A stretch of 60,019 nt of DNA, the filler included, from Catajapyx aquilonaris (lineage: Eukaryota): NCBI GenBank assembly GCA_000934665.2. It is 3 parts of 3 records of this genome, joined end to end, with 100 filler letters (N's around TTAATTAATTAA, not from the genome) between each part and the next. Parts side by side here need not be neighbours in the genome. Positions count along the whole stretch, not along the records: positions 1 to 19,790 come from JYFJ02006393.1; positions 19,891 to 39,824 come from JYFJ02006394.1; 1 more part is not named here. The stretch is one strand, 5' to 3'. Every line of letters begins with the position of its first letter. The stretch's first letter is position 1. Below the pieces are notes generated by a model that saw only the letters and a list, made by a program, of their open reading frames with translations, was not told the DNA's origin and ran no database searches. The position numbers and the translations under genes are program-made. This document shows positions 12,331-23,400 of this stretch, one piece after another.

Positions 12331-13515
12331 GGAAATATGGAGCATCACCTCAAAACGACACAATAATCAAAATGCAAATTGTGTTCCTTACATATTCAAA
12401 ACTGCAGGATCTGAGAAACAAAGATCACTGCCAGTCTGCCACTACATAATAATAATGATGATAATGATAATGGCCATGTGGCCATTTTATAAACCTTAGG
12501 CTTAGTGGAACTGATTCTTTATTATCCCAATGTTTTTGTGTTTCTAATACATATGTAAACATGGCATTCTTGCGTTTGCTTAAGTGTAATGTTTCTATAG
12601 CCACGAGAATGAGAATGATGTCAGAGCCTGCTTTCTGTGGTGACCAAAATGACACAGCCATAGCTCTAGCGCAAGGCTGGCTCTGTATTACGATATCTCA
12701 GAGAAGACCCTGCACAGCCCAGAAAATTCTTGCGGCTACATCACGACCTTGAACGGCATGATGGGTAGGATCGAACTTGCCTGAGTTAGCAGATGAGAAT
12801 TCTCGCTTCGCGTATCATAAAGCTCCTTGAGTGGGATTCAGGAATATTTTCCAATCTATCTATAACTAGCCGCAATAAAGCTTCCTTCTTTTTTTTAAAA
12901 AATGACGTAGTCTAGAATTCTTACTTTATTATGAGATTATAAATATAGGGGCCTACTGTATAGGCTGTCCATAAGACAGAATTTTAAATACAAGTACAAA
13001 ATGTTCTCAATAAGTAACACTAGCTTGTGGTCAATATATCAATAGTCAAGGCAAAGAAATGATACCGTAGTTTTATAAATTACCTTTCGGGTACTGCCAA
13101 GCAAAGCAGATCAGCAGTTACATAATTAAATGAAATATGTTCATAATATTTCAGTAATTGGACTAACGTAACATGCCCCCCCCCCCCTCCCCCCAGCCCT
13201 TTTCACCAACCTTTGCGATTGAGTTGGCACGTGATGGTTGCCGAGGGCAAAATCCATACACTGCCACCATTGGATCTGAATAAGGTTTATAGCTTCTTCG
13301 TAGGGGTTAATTCAATGAGAGCCATTGGAAATGCTAAGTCTACACTCTACAGGGACAGCTCTTCCGTTTTAAATACCGTAAGTGACTTTGTGACATGTGG
13401 GGTGACTTCGTGACAAATCAGTTTTTCGAATCTCGCGCCACTATTACGAGCTCGTATTTGAGCTTTTTGACTGAAACCAGCGCCAGTAGATGGCTGCGAA
13501 TGTGGTGCCACCTAG

Positions 13516-13749
13516 GGGTGGTGTGTAGTGGTTAGCCCCATAGCCTTCCACCTCTTACGGTCTCTAGTTCTGTGGATAGAGTTTGGATGGGTTCTCTCCG
13601 TGTTCGCGTGGGTTTTCTCTGGGCTCTCCCGTTTCCTCCCACATGGAAAAACCCATCGGAGCACAGACAAATGCTTAAAGTCGATTGTTGAAAAGATGAT
13701 CCCATAAAAGGCCCAAGGAGGCCTATCCATTATTATGGTATTATTATTA
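13516..13749 (+). mobile_element. SINE with V-domain-like central core
   Basis: A-box head; core gagtttggatgggttctctccgtgttcgcgtgggttttctctgggctctcccgtttcctcccaca; (TTA)n tail; 13-bp TSD tggtgccacctag (13503-13515, 13750-13762). Confidence 0.8.
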
Positions 13750-14243
13750 TGGTGCCACCTAGAGGCCAGCTCCTACACCTCGTACATTGTTGGGGGTAAT
13801 ATTCCAAGTTTGCAAACCGTGAGGATTGTTGGCACTTCTTCCGATTACTTTCCCTAACAGCGACCACATAATTGCGATGAGAGTAAAATATGTAAATTAT
13901 TTTGAAGACAAATTCATTGGCTAAGAAATGATAACATGATGCAATATTGAACATGTTTTGTAGAAGCCATGAGGATGTTAGATGAATTTCGTACTTTTGC
14001 GGGGTAACTTTGTGACAGCATCAACTTGTCACAAAGTCAGTCCACGGATATTATTTACTGTTTTGACCGATGTTCCGGTCCTTTAGGGTACCGTAGCACT
14101 CGAAATTATACACATCCAAATGAATTTACAAAGAAATGAGCCGCCGAGAACTTTACGAAGTTAAGAACTTGAACGAAAATATAAAAAAAAATGACAAATG
14201 TTTTTCATAATATTACAGTATATACAGTATATACAGTATATAC

Positions 14244-14540
14244 ACCGAAGCAGGTTGGTGTAGTGGATATGGAGTCCGCCTGCTAATCGGGAGGTCCTGG
14301 GTTCGAGGTTCGAATCCCGGTGCCGGCAACTCTGACCGTGGTTTTCTGTGGTTTCCCACGGTTCCTCCAGGTGAATACCGGAGTTGTTTCCTAGTTAATA
14401 GGCCACAGCCGCTTCCTTCCATCCCTATCCCGTCCCAAAAAGCGAAATAAAGTTTACAAGAGTTCCAGCCAAAAAAACAAATCTCCCCCCTAAAAAGCCA
14501 GAACGGCTTCAATGGGGTATGATATTATTATTATTATTAT
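14244..14540 (+). mobile_element. tRNA-derived SINE (family C)
   Basis: A box TGGTGTAGTGG, B box GGTTCGAATCC, (ATT)n tail; sits within a (tacagtata)n microsatellite. Confidence 0.85.
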
Positions 14541-15056
14541 ACAGTATATACAGTATATACAGTATATTTAGTATATTATGATCAATATTATTTAAAATAT
14601 ATCATTGTAAGGATGAAATTGGTCTAAAATTAAAAGTTTGTGGGGTAACTTGGTTATATTTTCTGTTTCTCATGTTTCAGTTCAAGGAAATGACCACGGT
14701 CACAAATGTAAATGTGAATATTTTTGTAACTGATAAAGTTATCGATATGATCTGCACACGGATATGTAGAGGAAGGATGAGGGTACAAACCTTAATAAGA
14801 CATTCGTTGGTAAAACATTAAACCGTGTCTGATGATACGAAAAACCTCAAAAACTGTCACAAAGTCACCCCCACTTATGATTGTGAAATTCCCTGTTACG
14901 GTATGTGTTATATTCACTGTAATTCTACTTATAATGCTCTAGCCATATTATTACAACAAGGTTAAGCTTAATTCTACTTGTTAGTATCATGTACGTTAGA
15001 AACGTTACTGCTGATTTCTAGTGCAGACCTCACAGTAAGATGGACTTGTGGGGACT

Positions 15057-18000
15057 TCATGGCATGTTAGCAGCTCCAGAAGCAGATGGATTCTGTAAAG
15101 ATTAGATAAGATACCAGATAGTAGTAACAGTAAAACCCTGATTATTATCTGACCTCTTAATGTCTTACCATAGTTTGTTTGGATATGAGCCTCTCCATTT
15201 CTCCCTTGGCAATAATGTAAAGACCATATTCAATCTCGTGCCAAACCTGCTTAATCATGTTGGGCGTTACCATTGCAATCTTATCCCGTAGGTGCTGCAG
15301 ATTCTGGATCTTTCCACCATACACAATATTCTTGATGTATCTCCACAAAAAAAGGCCCTGTGGGGTAATATATTGACTTCTTGGGGCCAGGCGTTGGGAA
15401 ACTTCCCATTCAAGTCTTTGTACTGGGAGGCCGAACGAAATTGATGATAATGAAACTTTCCTATCCAAGGTTTGTTTCATGGACAAGGGGACTTTCTCTT
15501 ATTTGTATCATCAAGAACAATGTGTATGTAAAGATTCGGGATCTCCAGTACCTATGGAATAGGATTGCAACGGTAACGCCAGACATGATAGAGAAGGTCT
15601 GGCAAGAGACCAAATATAATATTTCTTATCTGCTGAGTGACAAATGGAGCTCATATTGAAACAGACTAAGGTAAGACTAAAACTTCAGACATTTCTTAGC
15701 ATTTCAAAACTTAAATCATTTAGATGTTTACAAGTTTTCGAGTTACAGGGTTTTATAATCCAGGCATTCTTTTTTCGATGACCCTGTACAATAGTACAGT
15801 AGCCTGTGTATGGAAAAGATAAACATTTCACTAAAACCATAATACAGTACCAGGTATGTTTTTTTTTTTTAGCTCATAATATTATCCTACCTTTGGTGTT
15901 CAAACCATTTCCCTGTCCTGTGGGTGACATAATAATCGGGGTTACACTGTACTTCTTTCCCAATCCCAGACAGTCACTTTGGGTTACATTTTTTTAAAGT
16001 ACCCCGTGATAGGGCAGAGCCTTCTTAGGGGGGAAGGGGAGGTTCCCAAGGGAGGGGGCTGTAATTTTAGTCATTTCTGACTTTCTGAAATACACCAGAC
16101 CTTTTCGCCTGGCCCTGGGCAGAGAAGGGAGTGCAATCCTGCCCCTGCATGTCGGGTGAAAAGCGGAAAAAGACCCGGCCAAGCGGGGATGGATTTGAAC
16201 CCCGGCCTCCCGTTTGGCTGGCCAGTGGCGTAACCACTAGACCACATGCCTCCCCACTTTGGGTTACAATGTGCATATGAATTTTAAAATTAGGGTAACT
16301 TGTCCTCATTTGAACATAATAGCCTGCAGTACACTGCACTCCCAATTATCCGGGCTAATGCCTGCACCTTCCTGCACCAGCTGCACGTGTGTTGTCGGAT
16401 AATTGGAAAACATGGATAATCGGAAAATGGCCCTAGATACCGTAAAATGAGCTGTTCACGGGTTTTTAGTGAACGATACTGCTTTAAGTAAGATTTAATA
16501 AAAATTGAAGACCTCGGGTGAAACTGAGATATTCCCATTTTACATTTTGAAGGCCCATAAGGTTCCAGTGTAAATCCCAATTTCGGGGCCTTCAATTGTG
16601 ACCTATGATCATTACCCCAAAACCACGACCAAACCATCATATTCTACACTAGTGAAAGTATCTTCTAAGATATGTAACGCATTTTTGACAAAATGTGAAC
16701 CTTGATCGTTCTTAACCAGAGGTCTTCAATTAGAAGAATTTTCATATATTTTGAGTTTGTCTTCTGAAAAACGTTTGGTATAGTTCTTTGTTTTAGCCAT
16801 GCACGGATAATCCGAAACACGGATAATCAGCACCCAGATAATCGAGAGTACAGTGTAATATCATTAGAATGGGTGTTACCTGTGGTTGTTGCTGGGGTTG
16901 TTGCGGGGTCATCAAAGCATAACACTCAGCCCATAGGTCTTTCAAATCCTTTTCTTCACGAGCAAGGCCTCTCTGGGTGGCAACAATGCACACTGGACGA
17001 ACAAGTTCGACTGCAAATAACATTTTGCCATGATCATGTTCACATAGACTGAAGTTAGTAACTTTGTGGCTGCCTACTCCAAGCTCCTCCACCCACCAAT
17101 CCCACTGTAACCAGTTGGTGGGCTGCTTCTGAGAAGTGACATTTTGGACATTTCCACAATTCCATTACGTTTATATGTATAACTTGCCTGTGATAATCTT
17201 CATTTCTACACAGTAGCTCCACTTGTAATGAGCATAATATATTAACCATTATAATGCAATTTCAAATAATTATGTAGTTTGCACAACTTGCCATAGTAGG
17301 TACCTGGTGTCCAACAAGAATTGTCGCAAGCGGCAGCGCACGAACTACAGTCTCTCGTATACCTGTGCTCGTAGATTGTAGTTCGTGCGCTGCCGCTGCG
17401 ACAATTCTTGTTGGACTAATAGTACAGTACCTTACTTGTGAACAGTAAGGTTGGTCGTTAGAACTGCAGGGAACCCTGAGAGATGATAACACTGGGGAAC
17501 AAATTTTTTGTTGCATTCATACCAGCACTTGTTCTCACCTAATTTGAGTGTGCTGAATTCAAATCTGATGTTAGTTTTTCTCTGTAAGCTCTGGATTTTC
17601 TACAATTCAATTTTTTAACGTTTTTGCGACATTTTGACGCCTGGCGCATGATGACATGATCTCTCTCAGGAATTTATGGTCATACAGTCTTGAAATTAGG
17701 CTTAAACAACCGTCTTGGTAAAGGTATATTATTTTTTATTCACAAAAGAGCCGTAGGTGCATCACATTAGGCATTAAAGTTTGAAAAAAGTAAAAAAAAT
17801 CGAGAAATAATGTCCCAATTATTTTTAAATCCTAGAACTCGAAAACTTGTATGCATATCTTAATGATTTAAGTTTTGAAATGCTAAGAAATGTCAAACGT
17901 TTTGGGCTCACCTTAGTTTGTTTCGATATGAGCTCCATTTGTCGCTTGGCAAATGTAAATATGGTAATCAGTGTCGTGCCTAACCACCTCAGACATATCA

Positions 18001-20153
18001 TGTCTGGCGTTATACCGTTGCAATATTTTCGCGTAGGTGCTGATGATGCCAGATCTTTTCACCATACATGTATCTCGATAAAAGAAGTCAATCGGGATAA
18101 GATCTGAGCTTCTGGGGGGATAGGCACTGGGAAACTTATCATTCAAGACTTAACACACTGGGAGGCTGAACAAGTGAAACTTTCCTATGGGAGGTTTGTT
18201 TGGATGAGGCTACTTTTCATGTGCATCATCAAGAACAATGTTTGTGGTGTAAAGACCAGTCATGTTCCAACACCTATGGGTTAGGATCGTCACGGTAACT
18301 CCAGATAAGATTGAGCGGGTTTGGCTCGAGACCGAATACAGTCTTTTTTATTTCTCGAGCGACAATGAAGGGTAAGGGTGCAGTTTAGCGCCGCAAAAAT
18401 CTTGCAGGTTTCTATACATTTTCTGAATCTACACGATGAGCTGAGTTGAATGACACTATTCCTAGTGTGTGGAAATGTTTGGTTCAAGAGTAATGGAATT
18501 TTGAAATTGCATGTAATAACAATGAATAAATGAAAATTAACAAGTGTTCCATTGTTGAAACAGTTTACTCCCATTGTTGAGTGAATGAATATCCATGGTA
18601 ATTTTAAACGCAATTTGGAGGTTGTGTGTTCGCAGCATTACTGTCCGCCTTGTGGCGGCGTATAGATGTGAGTGTTGCGTGATGTGGGTGTGGCAAAGCC
18701 ACAATAATGTTCGTTGGCCTGCGGCGCCACAAAACGGACAGTAAATGTTGCGGATACAAAACTCACAATAAGCGCCTAGCTCCGCTTATGCTCCGCATTA
18801 ACTAAAATTATCACGCACAGGCGACGTACCGTGCCTGGCAGGGCCACAAGACGGACAGTAAATGTGCAGTCACTCCAACGCCTCACAGATAACACCAACA
18901 CAATCAGCATGGGGCATGTCTTGCGTAATAATAAAAAAGAAGCTTAGGATGCATTTACGGCAACACTTGTTGGCGCGCAAGAGGCCTCGAGCATCAGTAT
19001 AGCCCAGCTGGAGACACCATCCTCCCTCCTTACTTCTAGGAAGGCTTTCCCCAAGGGATTAACCACTTCGGTACTCTGGTGTACACCTGCAGTGGTACTC
19101 ACAGATACTCCTTGGTACTCCTTAAATTTGGTGAATGCTCCTGAATGATGTTAAATTAATTAAACTCCGACACTCTAGTTCTATATCCAGCGAACCAAAA
19201 ACAACAACTATTTATTTACATCATTCAGCATGTCTCACAGCACGTTGTCATGGCAGCTCTCACATTTCCACGGAGAATCACCTCCCGTAACAATGGAAGT
19301 GAACAGTTTCATCAAAGGAATACTTGTTTACTTTCATTTAATTCATTGTTATTACTTGCAATTTCACAATTCAATTACTCTTGAACCAAGCATTTCCGCA
19401 CTCTATGAATAGTGTCATTCGACTCAGCTCATTGCGTAGATCCAGGAAATTTACAGAAACCTGCAAGACTTTCGCAGTGCTCAACTGCACCGAAGCCAAA
19501 TGAAGCTCATATCAAAACAGACTAAGGTGAGACCAGAACGTTAGACATTTCTTAACATTTCAACGCTTAAATCTAATATATATAAAGCCCCAATCCGAGG
19601 AGGAGGATATAGGATGAAAAAGATTTCGCACTTCCCGGCGTCGCACAGACGTCGGACTTACGCCGTTGGATTCCTTGCACCCGATTTACAATTTCCAAAA
19701 ATCCTCAAAACCGCGAATTTCCCAGCCGTTTTCGAGATCGCCAAATTAAATGTAGACGCTAACCCGAGATCGCGAAATTAATGTATACCCNNNNNNNNNN
19801 NNNNNNNNNNNNNNNNNNNNNNNNNNNNNNNNNNTTAATTAATTAANNNNNNNNNNNNNNNNNNNNNNNNNNNNNNNNNNNNNNNNNNNNGTCACGCGGA
19901 CCAATTGTTTCTCAGTAGCCGTACTGTCGAATGAAGATAAAATCTAACTGAGAAACTTTATGATCTTGGGAGCTGAAGATGTTATCTACCTTTTTTTAGA
20001 ACCACATGTTGCTTTAAAAAAATGTATGGATATATTTTTGAACAAGTCATATTGCGAATCAATTATTTGAGGATTGGCACAGTTGCAAAATATGTCACTC
20101 TTCACGCGAAATTGTCACGCTTTACCAGGTGTCTGCACCCTATACTTTCCCAT
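15057..20153 (-). CDS. Putative 88-aa uncharacterised protein; exons 20153-20126, 17475-17436, 17128-17097, 17010-16880, 15092-15057
   Basis: All introns are GT-AG with compatible phases (1,2,1,0), giving MGKYRVQTPGFPAVLTTNLTVHKSSPPTGYSGIVELVRPVCIVATQRGLAREEKDLKDLWAECYALMTPQQPQQQPQNPSASGAANMP*. The exons lie in islands between TEs. The family is not recognised, and an assembly gap in the first coding intron could hide exons. Confidence 0.65.
15130..15786. mobile_element. Foldback element derived from a Tc1/mariner (maT-like) transposase 3' end
   Basis: Both arms carry decayed PPRSPDxTP..FLW.YIKN.VY..KI..LQHLRD.I..VTP.M...VW.E coding sequence; right end ..gatgaccctg|TA; left end truncated. 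Confidence 0.75.
15989..16254 (-). mobile_element. tRNA-derived SINE (family B)
   Basis: A and B boxes; 14-bp TSD cactttgggttaca (15975-15988, 16255-16268). Confidence 0.9.
16332..16855. mobile_element. Tigger/pogo-like MITE
   Basis: TA|CACTGCACTCCCAATTATCCGG ... CCAGATAATCGAGAGTACAGTG|TA with repeated cggataat subterminal motifs. Confidence 0.75.
17309..17416. mobile_element. Short palindromic MITE
   Basis: gtccaacaagaattgtcgcaagcggcagcgcacgaactaca versus tgtagttcgtgcgctgccgctgcgacaattcttgttggac (~40-bp near-perfect inverted repeat). Confidence 0.8.
17828..19571. mobile_element. Second copy of the maT-derived foldback element, interrupted by a Mutator-like element
   Basis: ORF 17913-18146 (-) reads ..YPPRSSDLIPIDFF..CQATNGAHIE; the right arm resumes at 19498. 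Confidence 0.75.
18371..19497. mobile_element. Mutator-like non-autonomous element with ~200-bp TIRs and a ~310-bp extra insert
   Basis: GGTAAGGGTGCAGTTTAGC...GCTCAACTGCACCGAAGCC; 8-9-bp TSD (caatgaag/aaatgaag); homologous to 49830-50644. Confidence 0.8.
19791..19890. other. Assembly gap with TTAATTAATTAA linker
   Basis: N runs flank a 12-mer that has stops in all frames; identical structure at 39825-39923. Confidence 0.95.
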
Positions 20154-20320
20154 GCCGAAAGAATAGCTACGCCCAGTTTGAGACCCCGAGGATTGTTTCA
20201 CCCGCACGCCTATCAATAGACTAATGATAGATGTCAGCTCTTCAGTCACGATCCAACCTCAATGGGGGTTGGCGTATGTATTTTTTTGTGTGCACAAGAA
20301 GCATAAGTCATTCGACCTAC

Positions 20321-20400
20321 ATTCCCTAGTAAAGCCAAGTTAATTTCTCGTGTATCGTCGCCGCCATCTTGGTTTGATTACATTGTTGCGTGTTTTCCTT
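20321..20400 (-). promoter_or_regulatory. YY1-type motif (AAGATGGCGGCG) and probable non-coding first exon of the 88-aa gene
   Basis: cgccgccatctt at 20359-20370; minus-strand donor GTAGGT at 20320 and acceptor at 20210 define a ~110-nt intron. Confidence 0.5.
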
Positions 20401-23400
20401 ATTCGTGGTTATTTTGGGATGGGCTTGAACTAGGGTATGTTGATGCATATCCTGGTTGATTTTCTTGGACACGATGATTTTTAATGAAGTCATTGTGTGA
20501 TTGTTGAAGGGTTGGCGATGAAACAAGTGACTGTCATCACCTTGCGCGAGTGAAAGTCAACTGCTATTCTTGAGAGGTTGCGTCATTGTGATGGGGATGG
20601 GGCATTTCTTTATGGGCCTCTTAATTTGGATCCAGTTATTCACGGTTGGAGAAATAGTAACAATGAGCTTGGCACTGGCATTAATTCAACAGTCAAAAGT
20701 ACAGACAAATATAATAAAAATGGCACTAGGCTATTATTATAATCTGAAATATGGAATTTCTGTCATTCGGACCATTTGGAATAAACACTTGTGCACTTGT
20801 GTTTTGACTTGCAAATTACCGGGGTGCATAATGCATTGGGCTATGTATGTTGAATACTTGCCTTCTGATTAGTTTCCAGAAGATAAACTCTCTCACGAGG
20901 TAAGAATTAAGGTCGCAGATAAATAAATATAGTAAATAAATAAATTGAGATAAATTAAGCCACATGCAAACCTACAGATGGTATATAAATTCCAACATTA
21001 AATATTACCAGAGTGACCTCAATGAGACAATAATGCTTGTTCTTTTGTATTGAGTGTATTGTTTGTGATATTCTCCTGTTTTTGAGGCCAACCAAACACG
21101 TCATTCCTTCCGTATTATATTCAGTGTCCTGGTCATTTTTGAGAAGAATGATCGATTTCCGGAGAAGGTCACACACCAGACATACCGGGTGCCCGTTGTT
21201 AGCCATTTTAGCACTCACTGCTGATTTTAAGCTGCTACTTTCGCATATAACTCGTTTGAGTGGTTAAGTTTGCTAACCACTAAAATAACTATTAAAAGTT
21301 ACTGCTTAAAAATAAGTACGTTAATGAAAAATTGATAGTCACTAAGGACCTTTCAGTTGGAGCACCCTGCATAATTAATGACTCATTGAACAAATGTCAG
21401 TACTAAAATTAACGGCGTATGACACAATAGTAGAGGCTATGGAAATTGGAGGCGGGGGTTTTTGTCCCTCGAATGACAAGCACCGTGCATTGAATCCAGA
21501 CCGACAGGGATACATTAAGGGCTCACCAGGGTGACATTAGAAAGCTGGTACTGCCCAATGCAGGACCTGCTAATCTATAACCATCATGCCTCTTACTAAT
21601 GGTGAAATATCAGTCTAGCACTTTACAAATGCATTACAAAGAACTGCAGATCCAGTTTGACAAATTTATTAAAATTATTAGTTATTAATCCCAATGTGAT
21701 CAAACCTTTGGAATATAAAAAACCCATTGGATTCGTGCAATGACGAGTGAAACCGAGTTGAATCACCGTGTGGGCGTGCGAATCGTGCATTTCTTCCTAT
21801 CTCTTCCTCGAAAGCGGATACGAATCCATGGCGCAAGGCCTGCTGGGACACAACCATCATTTCCAGCCTCATCTAACGTGTCTAATTATTGTCATCCGGG
21901 ACCTTCCTGCCTATAAGCCCTGCATGATCCACTACCTTGGGAATGGCGGAAATCATATCTTCAGACTTGATGATTCTCTAAGGGAGGCCCAACCATACAC
22001 CACACAAAAAACATGTATAATAAAGTGGTGTAATAATGACATGTGGGCGGCCTTGCCAATAGAGTGGAATTAAAACGTGTCCATGTGTGTGGTCATTTGA
22101 TGACTTAGATTTACAAACTGCAGAGGTGGTCAGTTAGAGAGAAAAAAAATATGCTAGGATAGGATGACTCAGTAAAAATGGTCATAATAATAGGCCTACA
22201 CTCGGTTGGTTCCATTCAAAGTCATTTCTACGTCACCTGTTATTGGGCTTCATTGCGAAGGAGGTTGTGCATGCTGTCATGTTTTGTGAAATTAGAGAAT
22301 TTATGTACGGAAACAGCGGACCATAACAGTCATAAGTGGATTGGGAAATGTTACAAATGGGTAGGCGGTTGCAATATTTCAGTGGAACAATAATAAATTT
22401 TGAAATCGTATTATCAGTTTATGAATAGAGCTTGCATATAAAAGACCACCTCAGAGTTATGCTTGCATCACTTGCTGTTCCTTTTATAATTTATAACTCT
22501 GTCATAAGTACATTAGAAAATATCCATGTTTCAAGGAAGGAAAGTGGTTGCATGGTTTGCATTCCTTGCCATAAAACTATGGTCTTCACTTAAATTTAAT
22601 TGTGCTCTTTACTGTATGATTACAGCTAGCGAAATGCAAAATTTAATTAATATTATTTTGATGTAGGCCTACCCCATTCTAAGGTAAGAAATACTGACTA
22701 TATGATATGATATGAAGTGTAAATGTTTACTGCTAAATATATCTATTGATGCAGTCTATTACTCATCATTACCATAGCTGAACCAAACAATATAATTGTT
22801 CTAATGACATCATCCAATATTGGTAGTCGTGATAAATAATTTAATCCCTGCTGATAATTCCAATACGATCACGAACTAAAAACCTTATAAGATGTGCCAC
22901 ATTACGTGCCATCTCGTGACACTCCACCCTTCTGATGTCATCCTTCAAACCAAAGAGTTCCGCAAAGTTTTGGCATTTGTATTGCGCAAAAAAAGCAATT
23001 TCATGATCTGGCAACCATGCTGGGTAAGCATGATTCCAGACTTATTCGTGAGACACTCCAGTCGCAATTACAATATCATCAAGAACAATTCGAGGGTTAT
23101 TAAGGCCACACTTTACCGGGTGATATTAACGACTGCTCCTCGTTAGTATCTTGTGGTCATTACAAACATCCTGCGCCATTTAGCAATTACCCGACTGTGT
23201 GTTATTCATGGTAATTAGTTGCGGTAGCTGTGCCTAGGCAGATTAATGACGATGAGTTACAGTAATGAAATGTGACTGCCCATTGTTGACTTTAGGCGAA
23301 AAAGTGATGATGGAATACAAGCATTATACAAAGTCACGTAGAGGCTGCTTTGTTCGTTTGTACATTTTAATTTTCTGTTGAAAACATTATTCTTGCCATT

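Larger units (their letters stand above)
13376..14901. mobile_element. TA-flanked Tc1/pogo-like non-autonomous element hosting two SINEs
   Basis: TA|CCGTAA ... TTACGG|TA ends, with subterminal ggggtgactttgtgaca repeats in inverted orientation (13380-13420, 14001, 14026, 14855-14873). Confidence 0.65.

Noticed and set aside
19791..19890. TTAATTAATTAA palindrome between N runs (also 39825-39923)
   Set aside because: Identical artificial gap linker, not biology.
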